The notes under the pieces are model-generated. The model was not told the origin of the DNA. It worked only from the letters and a program-made list of their open reading frames with translations, and made no database searches. 50,995 nt of DNA from a virus. Of this stretch, positions 18,336 to 27,925 are shown piece by piece (the first letter of the stretch is position 1; each line of letters starts with the position of its first letter). Where the stretch lies: IMG/VR virus record IMGVR_UViG_3300000976_000137, positions 1 to 50,995 of that record. The stretch is one strand, 5' to 3'. The position numbers and the translations under genes were made by a program.

Positions 18336-18368
18336 TCACTTTAATTAATGGTTCATTAATTAAAGTGA
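18336..18368 (-). terminator. perfect 15-bp stem / 3-nt loop hairpin, with a T-tract on the minus strand
   Basis: 'tcactttaattaatg' gtt 'cattaattaaagtga'. The A7 run on the plus side reads as T7 after the hairpin on the minus strand. Confidence 0.45.
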
Positions 18369-18506
18369 GTGGCTTAATAATCTGATAATCAAAGAATTAA
18401 TTTTTAGACTAGACTTCTTTTTGCTTTTTGACTTTAATAAACGTTGATTAATCACAATTATTAAAGCATTTTTCACTATTTTTAGGATTCTAAAAAACAC
18501 CGTGTT

Positions 18507-19091
18507 ATGAAGAAAAAAAGAAGCACCAAACCGCTAAAATGGAAGGAAGCCAAAAAAGCATTACTATTTTTGGAATCGGAAGAAAAGTACCACTACCTTC
18601 TTATCATTGCCGTTGGTTTTTATACTGGCTATCGCATTGGCGATATGTTGGAACTCAAATATGAAGATTTTGAAGGCGATGCCCTAAACATCACCGAACG
18701 CAAAACTTCCAAGCAGCGCCCCGTTCCCGTAATTGGAGATTTACGGCGCATCGTTACCTTGTGCCAGGAGCAATTCAACCGCAAGCCAGAACATTACCTT
18801 TTTATCCGTACCCGTTTCTTTACCAATCAGCCCATTACCACAGCCGCAGCTATCACCCGTATTCGGAAAGCTTTGCAATTTGCAGGAGTGAAAGGCAAAC
18901 ATTTAACGGCTCATACCTTACGAAAGACCTTTGCCCTTCGTTATTATGAATTGGCACGAGAAACAGAGGGTGATTACCGTGCTTTGAATGAACTTTCCAA
19001 ACAATTGAATCACGCTAGTACGGAAGTGACTCGTCGCTATATCGGTCTAGAGGAACAAATCGTGCAAAATATCTTTGATAATTTTGCCTGA
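18507..19091 (+). CDS. short tyrosine recombinase (catalytic domain only)
   Basis: 194 aa. 'GYRIGDML' (Arg I), 'HTLRKTFA' (H-x-x-R) and 'TRRYIG' (catalytic Tyr). No N-terminal core-binding domain. Confidence 0.75.
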   Translation: MKKKRSTKPLKWKEAKKALLFLESEEKYHYLLIIAVGFYTGYRIGDMLELKYEDFEGDALNITERKTSKQRPVPVIGDLRRIVTLCQEQFNRKPEHYLFIRTRFFTNQPITTAAAITRIRKALQFAGVKGKHLTAHTLRKTFALRYYELARETEGDYRALNELSKQLNHASTEVTRRYIGLEEQIVQNIFDNFA

Positions 19092-19280
19092 CCCAAAAGG
19101 CTCATTTTGTGACACTATTAGCCCAAAAGTGTCTAATTGATACAAATTTAAGCAAAATTAGACGTTAATATATTGTTTAAACGTATTTTGCTTGAAATAT
19201 TCCTTGTCAGTTGTACAGAAGATTTTATTTACATTAATCAGCAATACGTACACGAGGTTATTTTTTACTGTATTTTGAAC

Positions 19281-19727
19281 TTAAGCTTGATGAACTTCAG
19301 AAATAGACGCTTCTTCATAATCTAGTACATCGTTCTCATACTCTTTTTTTACATAAGATTCTATTTTATCATAAGGAAGGCTACTTGGTATATCTACTGC
19401 AATTAACTGGTCTTTTCTACTGATTTCTGAATCACAACCAAGATTCTTTATAGCTTCATTTACTTTGTCAATATCATCTTCTTCAAAAACATAAATTCTT
19501 ATGGTACTATTACCTGATGGCTTAATGAGGTGATTTACCTCGTACATTCCATCAATTAGTTCCGCACTAACAATATCACCATAGGCATATTTTTTTACAT
19601 AAAAAGGAATATTATCTAATTGAAAACCGTCTTTATGTGGAGTTGCCCAACAACTCTCAACCATATATTTGTTTTCTTCTGTATTAAAAAATCTAAATAA
19701 TATCTTTATGTGTTTTGAATTCTTCAT
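19281..19727 (-). CDS. DUF4265-like immunity protein for the upstream RHS toxin
   Basis: 148 aa. 'GFQLDNIPFYVKKYAYGDIVSAE...PSGNSTIRIYVFE' matches the DUF4265 pattern as I recall it. Lies immediately downstream of the toxin tip. Confidence 0.7.
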   Translation of the reverse strand: MKNSKHIKILFRFFNTEENKYMVESCWATPHKDGFQLDNIPFYVKKYAYGDIVSAELIDGMYEVNHLIKPSGNSTIRIYVFEEDDIDKVNEAIKNLGCDSEISRKDQLIAVDIPSSLPYDKIESYVKKEYENDVLDYEEASISEVHQA

Positions 19728-19829
19728 TTTATTATCTTTAATATTGAACCCACCTAAATAATGCAGTTAGGTTAAAAATTAACATAATTCAAATTTCGTG
19801 CAATAATGTTGTTTATATTTTTTGAATTG

Positions 19830-22800
19830 CTAATTATTGTAATAATCTTCTGGTAGCTTATCGCTTTTTTTCCGATTACAGTCTCTGCAAAGAATCTGTC
19901 GGTTATCAGAAGTTGTATTCCCCCCATGTTTTTTAGGGTAAATATGGTCATATTGAGCTTCATTACCAGGTGGTTTAACACCTTTTTGTGATTTCTTAGC
20001 ATCAACTAATTGTACATCACAATCGGCACATCTAAATTCTCCATCATTGTTCTTTATATTTTCTTGCTTGGCTTCACTTTTCTGCTTCTTTGTAAAACTC
20101 TTTCCTTCTTTAGGGCCTCCTTTTGACCCTGTTTTCATATTTACAATTGCATTATTGCCAGTAAGATTATTAAAGGCAGTAGTCGCAACACCAGCACTTG
20201 CAGCCGCTCCTGTACCAAGTGCAACTGCTGCACCCGCCCCAACTGGTCCGGTAACAGGGGTTGTTAAACTTGAGCCAGTAGCTGCAACTGTTCCCAAAAT
20301 CGTTCCCGCAGTTCCAGCAACTAAAGAAAGGACATCCCCTGTTTGTTGCCCTATTGCAGCTGCTTGAGCATATTTGCCAAAATCATTGGGGTTTCCTCTA
20401 GTACCAGGGAAATTACCCGTTAAGTTAGAGCTTATAGAATTAGCTACACCTGCTACAAATACAGCACTATTAATTAACGCCTCCTTACAAACTTCACAAT
20501 CACCATTTGGGTCATTGAATAAGACGGGATTATTCATCCCAAATTTGTATGGAGTCCAACCTGTAAACAATCCTGCTTCGGGGTCTACTTGCAACCAGCG
20601 AGCTGTTGTTGGATTGTAAGTTCGATATTTTGCAAAGTCTAAACCAAATCCAAAATCGGCATTTCTCTCAAAACCATTGAACAAATAATCGTAAGTGGGA
20701 TTAACTCTTAATCCTGATCCACGCTGTCTTAATCCATAAGGATAGTAGGATGATGTTTCAGATATTTCAGTATTATCAATTGTTCCATCTGTATTTTTAT
20801 CTGAGAATAGAACACGCTGATTCTTTAAATGATCTTTGATCGCATATTCGTAATATGGGGAAGAATTACCAAAAAATAAACGTCCTACATCAAAATAAAG
20901 TGCCTCTAACGTATCATTACTATATTCAATATCGTCAAAATAGTCTTGAGTTAGCAGAATAGTATCTACTAACTGGTTAAGCATATTTTGTTGCTTACCT
21001 GTTGTCTGTTTTTGTAATTTTTTACCTTCTCCATCATATAACCAATCAATCTTACTCCCATTGGCAAAGCTTACTTGATAGGGCAAGTTATGATAATTGT
21101 ATGATATTTGGATGCCTTTATTGGGGTCAATTGTTTGATTACCGTTGTTATCATAATCGTAATCGGCACTACTGCGTTGTACAAAACCATCGGTTTCAAA
21201 TCCACCTTGAGGGCAATTAGCTATTTTGGCAGTAAAAATAGCTCCTGACTTGGCATGAAATCCTGGTTTTAGAACGATGCTATCCCCAGCTTGATAGGTA
21301 ATCGCAGCATTAGCATTGACGACATTATTAGCTTCTAGCATTTCCTCGACAGCATGTAGCTGCGTATTATCCAAAGGATTATCTACTAATTTACTGGTTG
21401 GGCAGGGGGCAGTATCTGCTATCGCCTTCAGTCGATTAGTACCAGTAACATAACTATAACTTAAATTGTCTATTTGTTGAGTCTGTAAATTAGAACTATT
21501 TCCGTATAAGCCCCTTCTGGTCAAACTGTTAATATTCCCTCTTAAATCATAGCTATAAGTTGTCCCATAAGCATTATTATGGAGGTTATAATTAGCAGCG
21601 GTGAGGCGGTTTAAGAAATCATATTGGTAGTCATAGATTTGTGACTGTCCGTCTTTGAATTCCCATGTTAGGCTAGCGATATTGCCCTCATATTGTGGCG
21701 TAATGCCTTGGTCATAGGCTATTTGCAAAGAAAACAGGTCATCTGCTGCCATCGTTTCATTAATACCTTTAAGGAAACGATTTTCTAAGTAAGTGTAGTT
21801 ACATTCCTGTAAAAAACCGTTCGTTGTACCGCTTAAAAACTCCTTTAATAGTAAATCCTTATGATCATAGGCTTTTCGGCATAAATGCTGAGATGTACCA
21901 TTCTGTAGGTTGTGGTGAGTATCAATAGGTCTGCCTTGATGGTCATAGGATTGGGTAATGGTATCTCTTTGGCTATTAAAGGCACTAATATGATAACGCC
22001 GTCTGGTTTTGACCACGTTATCCAAGTAGTCATAATTCATGAAACGTTGCAATAAGCCATTTCGATGATTATTCCCCGAATCAGTAATCATTCTGCCAAA
22101 ATCATCATAAAAATAGAAACGTTCTATGAAGGTATTGCTTACTTGATTGCCATTTAAAACGTAGTTGTTAAGCGCTGTTAATCGCCCGATGTCTATTGAT
22201 GGGTTGGTAAACCCTGTGAGAGAGTTGTTTGGTCTTAAACCATCATAGTAATTTTCCGTCCAAACCTCGTTAACAGTCGTTGGCGTTGTATTTAGTCCTG
22301 TTTTTGTAACCCTTCCATATACATCATATTGGGTTATCATCCATTTTCCGTCAGTCCGTAAATTGCCATCTTGAAAGGCGATAGGTATATTTCTTGGCTC
22401 ATAGACCAAGGTTGTTTTTTCCTTGTCGGGTATTTTGATTTCTAGCTTATTATCTTCCCCAGAGTAGAGGGTCGTAAAAATCAAGTTAGCATCCGTAGCA
22501 CTTGCCGCAGGAGGGATAATGATGGTTTCTCGCTCTTTTTTATCATAAATAGTGTAGGTACTGGTCTGACTACTACCCGACTGGTTCTGTTGTCTAAGTA
22601 AGATAGGTTTTCCTCGTTTATCAGATAGTATAGTGCTTCTATCGCCCGTCTGTGTACTACTTCCATCTGGCTCAATCGTAGTGATGGTATTGAGTTCTCC
22701 GATGGCGTAAGTAATAGAAGTGCCAGGAACAGTAATTGCCGTTTGATTACTCCCATACAACGTATGCGTGGTATACCAGTCAGGCGGTGTAACTGCTACG

Positions 22801-25800
22801 GGGCGATTAAGTGGAGAAACTTCATATTGCGTAACAGTAAAAGCAGTTCCATTAGGTACGGTTCTAAACGAACCGTTACTTAAAAGGCTTTCAAAAGGCT
22901 CATAAGCCATTGCTACCCTACTTTGATTATCATAACTGACGGCGGTAATAATATCTTTGGGGTCAGCCGCATCGGGTGAATGTTTGATTTGATTGGTCTG
23001 CAACAGCCGTCCCAATCCTCCTAAATACTGTCTAGTTTCGATGGCTTGCAGCGCACTTAGATTCAACCCATCAGGTTGAAAAGTGACTTTTTGATTAATG
23101 AAATTATGCGTATTTGTCCCATCTTGGTATTGGTAGCTGATGTCTGTAAGTACGTTGCCATCCCGCTCATTAATCTGGATTAACCGCATCAAGGGATCAA
23201 AGTCAAAATCTGTGTCCTGTGCATCTATATCAATGGTTTCACTTGCGATCCTTGTTCCCGTAAAATAGTTTGCCACCCATTGAAAATTCTCAAAAGTTCG
23301 AGTTTTAATCTGCTTATTGATGGCATCGTAGGTATAAAATTCTGTTTCCCATCCTTTACTTGTCGAATTGGCAGGTCTGCCTACTGCCATATTATAAGCC
23401 CCGTGATGTTCTAGCGTATCCCATCCACTATTTGGACCTGTTACTTGTAGATTGCCACCAGCATCCCAAGTCATTTCATAATCTTCAAAAAGATAAGGGT
23501 AAATCGGGTCTAAACCACTACCGCCTCGCAGTCCAAAATTATCAAAGAAATCACAGTTGAGCCGTTGCCCCTTTGTTTGCAAGGCTGTTCCATTTTCTTC
23601 TACTTTATGAATCGTTTCAATAGGGGTCGCAATTTGATTACGAGCTACCATTGAATCATAAACCGTCTGGGTAAAATCAAAGGGGTAACGATGTTCGGTG
23701 ATAAATTTTAAATCATCCGAATTGGTCATGCTTACACCAACAGGTGCTAAGTGACGGTTAAGATTGTCATATTCATACACCATCTGTGTACTCACCCCAT
23801 CCCGAAAACTGGTCACGACTGATTTTTGAAACTGATTAGGAGAGATATTTTGATAGGTGCGATGAAAATACCAAGTTTGCTGTCCACAAACAATGGGAGG
23901 AGCTGTCTTAATAATAAGATTCGGTGAATTAGTGCTAATAATCGTTCTAGGCGTTACTGCCGACTGATTCACCAGCGTCGCTTGATTAGCTTCTACCTTA
24001 AATGCACTTGTTCTATCCGACTTTCCTTTATACACATTGAGTTGTGCAGGTGGTCGAGGAAACTGATTAACAAAATTAAAAATGGGGTCAAAGCTACCAA
24101 AGAAGGTATAGGTATTATAGCCATTATCCGACTCACTATTGCCTAGTATCTCTCTAACGTTTTGGTATCCTAACGAAATTCCGTCATAGCCCCCTAGCGG
24201 AACGATGCTATTATCGGTAAAATAAGCGGCTTCAACCGCCCCCTCCACCAATCCACCTGCAGTAATAGATTGTCCATCAACAAAATAAGCATATCGGGGA
24301 ATTTGGTATAAAATTCCACTTGATTCATTCGGTAGATTCTCGTTTTTATACTCAAAAGTTTTGATAACATCAGGATTGAGATTCTGTCCATCCTTAGCCG
24401 TTATTTTTCGGATGCGGAGTCCACCAGCAGGACGAGTGGCAAAAAACTCATCTTGAATGGTAAAGAGGGCAAACCGAGCCTGTCCATTATTGCTACTGAC
24501 CTCAAAGATATAAGGTACATTGAGGCTTAACGCTCCCAAGTTTGTTAAAGGAACGTCATCTCTTATTTCAAATTGTTGGCTGCTATTGAGATTAAAACTA
24601 TAAAAGCCTCTTTGAATGGGGTTATTCGGGTCGGTGACTTCTAAGGCTCGAATATTTAAAGTGGGTAAGGGCAAATTACAATCAATGCTACCGTCCCCTG
24701 CATCATCTACTATTTTGGTCAAAACAGCGGTGAAATACGCTCGGTCTATTTCTCCTTGGGAAGTAAAAGTGTAAGGCGTGATAGTGGTTTCATCATGCGC
24801 TCCACAGCATTGTAATTCTAACGGATTGGGACAGCTTCTAATTTCTGGTACTAAGGTAGTTTCCTCTCCTTGAATTTGTCCGTAATAATCATTGAGTTCG
24901 TATTCAAATTCAACGCTTCCCCCCAATGGGTTATTGATTTTTGTTAAAATGCCATATTGGGTATGGGTTAAACTAGGATTCCGATTTGCTTGTCCTTCGA
25001 TTAAGATTCTCCCGTTGGGAAGGGTCAATCTGGTATCTTCGGGTAGGTTAATGGGTAAATTATTATTGGTGAATTGCCCATTGAAGAATCCCCATTCATC
25101 GGTTGCCTTATCTAGCCTTTGAGGCAAATAAGGTGACCCATCAGTATTCAGAGGTCCATCATATTCAAAACTGTAAGGAGGGATTTCAATATAAGTACCT
25201 GTGCAGGAAACTTCTTGTACTGATAAGAGCCGAAGTCGCTTCGATTCGGAGCGCTGATTGACGGGAAAAGCGGGGTCTTTGAAATAATCGTAGGCAAAGC
25301 GAAAGCGTTTACAGAATTTGGTGCCGCTACTAATCGAAAGGGAATCCAAACGGTAGGAAGTGCCATTGACATCTTCTCTAGCTGTGTTGGCAGCAAAAGT
25401 AATTGTTTCGGTAGGGCTTGTAATGGTGGCGAGGCGCAATCCTCTGGTTACTTGGGTGGTCGTAAAAAAATGATTGGCATCATAAGAAGAGCCCACACAG
25501 CTTTGACTTGCAGACCACCCACTATACCCCACACCGCCACAACCTGTATAATTAATCTGGCAAGAGGAAGGAGTTACGTAGCTGTAATTTTCTGTTTGAT
25601 AATCTAAGGTGATATTATCGATGCCATCATAAGACTGAATGCGCAGCAAGTACCAAGAAGAAATCCGCTCCATGTCTCCTTGATTAATGGTTCTTTCTTG
25701 GGCAACTCGATTATCGGTCGGGTCTTGGCCAAAAAAGTATTTGGTGCCATCTTTGTCGATAATGGTAAAACCTAAAAATGGTCCATTATTTTCGGTGGAT

Positions 25801-26348
25801 TCAACTAGCTTTAAATCCTGCTTAGGCACAAACTCAACCATACCAGGTCCATCTCCTGTAAAATAAAAGCGTCCAGAGGTGCCATTGGGAAGGGAAAAAC
25901 TAAAGAGATCTGGTTCTTCATCACGAGAATTGATAATCGCTTCAAGTTGATTGTCTTCAAGAAACTGTCCATTGCGATAATAGCCTAGGGCATCATCATC
26001 GGCACGATCGAGGATGGTACGAGTAATCATTCCCCCTGCACTTAGATCCCAATTCCCCGTCCACGAACTCAAAGTGGCCAGTTTGATACCTGCCGAGTGA
26101 TAGCTCAACGAAATGGGTAAACTGACTTTGCCGTCTGATACCGTATATAACGGAATAGTATTGTTTGAAATGCCTGTAAAATAAGAAACGGGTACATCCA
26201 CATATTTGCCAAAAGAAGTAGCAGAGGGCGTAGGCATGACTACATCTCCTACATGGCTATTGGTTGGTTGTGACCATCCATTTTGTGTATGAATTAGGAG
26301 GCTTAATCCTAAAAAAAGGAAACGATTTACAAGAGAGAGCTGATTCAT
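19830..26348 (-). CDS. RHS/YD-repeat polymorphic toxin with C-terminal HNH nuclease domain
   Basis: 2172 aa with the signal peptide 'FLFLGLSLLIHTQNGWSQ' and many YD-type repeats. The RHS core ends at 'RYTYNPTTARWLQVDPEAGL...NDPNGD' (about 20499..20513). A Gly/Ala-rich linker follows, then the HNH motif 'YDHIYPKKHGGNTTSDNRQILCRDCNRKKSD' (19860..19955). Confidence 0.9.
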   Translation of the reverse strand: MNQLSLVNRFLFLGLSLLIHTQNGWSQPTNSHVGDVVMPTPSATSFGKYVDVPVSYFTGISNNTIPLYTVSDGKVSLPISLSYHSAGIKLATLSSWTGNWDLSAGGMITRTILDRADDDALGYYRNGQFLEDNQLEAIINSRDEEPDLFSFSLPNGTSGRFYFTGDGPGMVEFVPKQDLKLVESTENNGPFLGFTIIDKDGTKYFFGQDPTDNRVAQERTINQGDMERISSWYLLRIQSYDGIDNITLDYQTENYSYVTPSSCQINYTGCGGVGYSGWSASQSCVGSSYDANHFFTTTQVTRGLRLATITSPTETITFAANTAREDVNGTSYRLDSLSISSGTKFCKRFRFAYDYFKDPAFPVNQRSESKRLRLLSVQEVSCTGTYIEIPPYSFEYDGPLNTDGSPYLPQRLDKATDEWGFFNGQFTNNNLPINLPEDTRLTLPNGRILIEGQANRNPSLTHTQYGILTKINNPLGGSVEFEYELNDYYGQIQGEETTLVPEIRSCPNPLELQCCGAHDETTITPYTFTSQGEIDRAYFTAVLTKIVDDAGDGSIDCNLPLPTLNIRALEVTDPNNPIQRGFYSFNLNSSQQFEIRDDVPLTNLGALSLNVPYIFEVSSNNGQARFALFTIQDEFFATRPAGGLRIRKITAKDGQNLNPDVIKTFEYKNENLPNESSGILYQIPRYAYFVDGQSITAGGLVEGAVEAAYFTDNSIVPLGGYDGISLGYQNVREILGNSESDNGYNTYTFFGSFDPIFNFVNQFPRPPAQLNVYKGKSDRTSAFKVEANQATLVNQSAVTPRTIISTNSPNLIIKTAPPIVCGQQTWYFHRTYQNISPNQFQKSVVTSFRDGVSTQMVYEYDNLNRHLAPVGVSMTNSDDLKFITEHRYPFDFTQTVYDSMVARNQIATPIETIHKVEENGTALQTKGQRLNCDFFDNFGLRGGSGLDPIYPYLFEDYEMTWDAGGNLQVTGPNSGWDTLEHHGAYNMAVGRPANSTSKGWETEFYTYDAINKQIKTRTFENFQWVANYFTGTRIASETIDIDAQDTDFDFDPLMRLIQINERDGNVLTDISYQYQDGTNTHNFINQKVTFQPDGLNLSALQAIETRQYLGGLGRLLQTNQIKHSPDAADPKDIITAVSYDNQSRVAMAYEPFESLLSNGSFRTVPNGTAFTVTQYEVSPLNRPVAVTPPDWYTTHTLYGSNQTAITVPGTSITYAIGELNTITTIEPDGSSTQTGDRSTILSDKRGKPILLRQQNQSGSSQTSTYTIYDKKERETIIIPPAASATDANLIFTTLYSGEDNKLEIKIPDKEKTTLVYEPRNIPIAFQDGNLRTDGKWMITQYDVYGRVTKTGLNTTPTTVNEVWTENYYDGLRPNNSLTGFTNPSIDIGRLTALNNYVLNGNQVSNTFIERFYFYDDFGRMITDSGNNHRNGLLQRFMNYDYLDNVVKTRRRYHISAFNSQRDTITQSYDHQGRPIDTHHNLQNGTSQHLCRKAYDHKDLLLKEFLSGTTNGFLQECNYTYLENRFLKGINETMAADDLFSLQIAYDQGITPQYEGNIASLTWEFKDGQSQIYDYQYDFLNRLTAANYNLHNNAYGTTYSYDLRGNINSLTRRGLYGNSSNLQTQQIDNLSYSYVTGTNRLKAIADTAPCPTSKLVDNPLDNTQLHAVEEMLEANNVVNANAAITYQAGDSIVLKPGFHAKSGAIFTAKIANCPQGGFETDGFVQRSSADYDYDNNGNQTIDPNKGIQISYNYHNLPYQVSFANGSKIDWLYDGEGKKLQKQTTGKQQNMLNQLVDTILLTQDYFDDIEYSNDTLEALYFDVGRLFFGNSSPYYEYAIKDHLKNQRVLFSDKNTDGTIDNTEISETSSYYPYGLRQRGSGLRVNPTYDYLFNGFERNADFGFGLDFAKYRTYNPTTARWLQVDPEAGLFTGWTPYKFGMNNPVLFNDPNGDCEVCKEALINSAVFVAGVANSISSNLTGNFPGTRGNPNDFGKYAQAAAIGQQTGDVLSLVAGTAGTILGTVAATGSSLTTPVTGPVGAGAAVALGTGAAASAGVATTAFNNLTGNNAIVNMKTGSKGGPKEGKSFTKKQKSEAKQENIKNNDGEFRCADCDVQLVDAKKSQKGVKPPGNEAQYDHIYPKKHGGNTTSDNRQILCRDCNRKKSDKLPEDYYNN

Positions 26349-26382
26349 AGCTTCTTTGTTTTAATGGTTATTTTGATGTTCA

Positions 26383-27720
26383 TTATTTTGATAACGTAAA
26401 ACGTTGGGTCTGTTTTTCAGATAGATTAATGGCGGTGATAAAGTAGATGCCCGCAGGGTAATGACTGCAATCTACCCGTAGCAAAGTTCCATTTCCATTT
26501 ACCCTAAAATTCTGCAAAAGCTGACCGTTTGCATTAAACAGTTGAAAAGATTGCCACTCACTATCCGAAGGATAGCTAATGCTAATCTGATTGGTCGCAG
26601 GATTGGGGCTAATCTGAAAGGATGTGGTTGTTTTTTGAGTAGTCACTATCGGTTGATTTCTAGCAAGAGCTTCGGTTTCTAATAAAGATTGACCACATAA
26701 ACTTTTGGCATCTTTTAAGCTACCTCTAGGACCACCTTCACTTAGCATGGCGGTAATGCGGAGCATTTGACCGAGGGTAAAACTATACATGAAATTATCG
26801 TCGGTAGCATCCATATAATTCATGCTATATTCTACTCGTCCGTCACATAGACTGATATGGCGGTATTCGGCATTAGCGCCATAGTTGGGCGCATTATGCA
26901 CAGGCGTATCAAAAATTCGGTCGTCAGCGCATGGTTTACTATCATTCCAAAGTTCCAGTAGTCCGAGATAAGAGCCTGTAAGATGGACGAGTGACTTCAT
27001 TTGCGCATATTGACGAAACTTGTCCCCCGAAGGTTCAACTAGTTGTCGATTAATGACAATGCCATCCGATTTTTTAGGACTCCAAGGCATCTGGGCATAA
27101 CCCGCTTCGGTATCGGGTAAATCGACTATCCAAATATTGAGATAATTTTCGGGTTGATAGGCGGTAAAATCAAAGCCTTCGACTGCATTATTTCCCAAAG
27201 CAGTTGTCACTAAATCATCAACTGACCATTCTTCAATGCCGACTGGTATATAATTATAGCCCAGAGAACCATTCTCCATCAAATCTACATCCGCTAAGCA
27301 AAATTGAATGCTACCACTAGGCGGCATTAGGCTTTCAAGGTCCAATATATCATGAGCGGGATGTTCCCATTCCGTTTTATATAGAAAAGCATCATTGAGT
27401 GCGGTTAGTTGGGCTTCAATAGCAGCTGGACTAATCGGATTATCCTTATAGACATGGTGAAAGATAATGGGAATGGTGAAGCTTGGTAACTCCCCGTTTA
27501 GTTGGTAGCTTTTTACATAACGTTCGATAGCTTGTCTGCGCTCAACGACTGTTTCATCAGCCAAGCGAAATTGTTTATCAACTGCTTGGGTGGAAAATTG
27601 GCGATAGATTCTTTGGGAAAAACTCGTTTGAGGATTCAAGGAGCAGCTAATAAACAGGAAAAGTACGAACCTTAATGGTAGATTGTGGTAGTTAAAACAG
27701 AGAGAGCTAGTTAGCTTCAT
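26383..27720 (-). CDS. M43 (pappalysin/ulilysin)-like protein with degenerate active site and T9SS C-terminal sorting domain
   Basis: 445 aa with a signal peptide. 'VHLTGSYLGLLELWND..CADDRIFDTP' (26947..26988) aligns to the recalled M43 motif 'HExxHxxGxxH' but keeps only the first His. The C-terminus 'ISPNPATNQISI...AGIYFITAIN...RFTLSK' looks like a T9SS type-A sorting domain. Confidence 0.65.
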   Translation of the reverse strand: MKLTSSLCFNYHNLPLRFVLFLFISCSLNPQTSFSQRIYRQFSTQAVDKQFRLADETVVERRQAIERYVKSYQLNGELPSFTIPIIFHHVYKDNPISPAAIEAQLTALNDAFLYKTEWEHPAHDILDLESLMPPSGSIQFCLADVDLMENGSLGYNYIPVGIEEWSVDDLVTTALGNNAVEGFDFTAYQPENYLNIWIVDLPDTEAGYAQMPWSPKKSDGIVINRQLVEPSGDKFRQYAQMKSLVHLTGSYLGLLELWNDSKPCADDRIFDTPVHNAPNYGANAEYRHISLCDGRVEYSMNYMDATDDNFMYSFTLGQMLRITAMLSEGGPRGSLKDAKSLCGQSLLETEALARNQPIVTTQKTTTSFQISPNPATNQISISYPSDSEWQSFQLFNANGQLLQNFRVNGNGTLLRVDCSHYPAGIYFITAINLSEKQTQRFTLSK

Positions 27721-27925
27721 TGGTATGGATTTTTTGTTCTACTAATGAATCATCCGTTTAAGATGATTTTGGTTTTTATATATTGTGTAACAATAATACT
27801 TCCAAGGTATGTAAATGATTTATATATACAAAAATATTTGTGTGTTTTTTGTTGAAAGAATTTTAAATTATCCTAAAAGAAGTAGAAGGGCGACACAGCG
27901 TCCTCCCTTCTAAAATAGCTATTGA

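Noticed and set aside
19772-20005. 77-aa ORF overlapping the RHS 3' end and the toxin-immunity spacer; considered as an alternative immunity gene
   Set aside because: It overlaps the HNH-coding region in another frame and has no features. The DUF4265-like gene is the better immunity candidate.
20047-25396. Numerous 60..106-aa ORFs nested in the RHS gene, on either strand (e.g. 20047..20367, 20374..20619, 21002..21220, 22481..22756, 24892..25122)
   Set aside because: All are nested in the 6.5-kb RHS CDS. The 20047..20367 ORF is simply the antisense reading of the Gly/Ala-rich linker.
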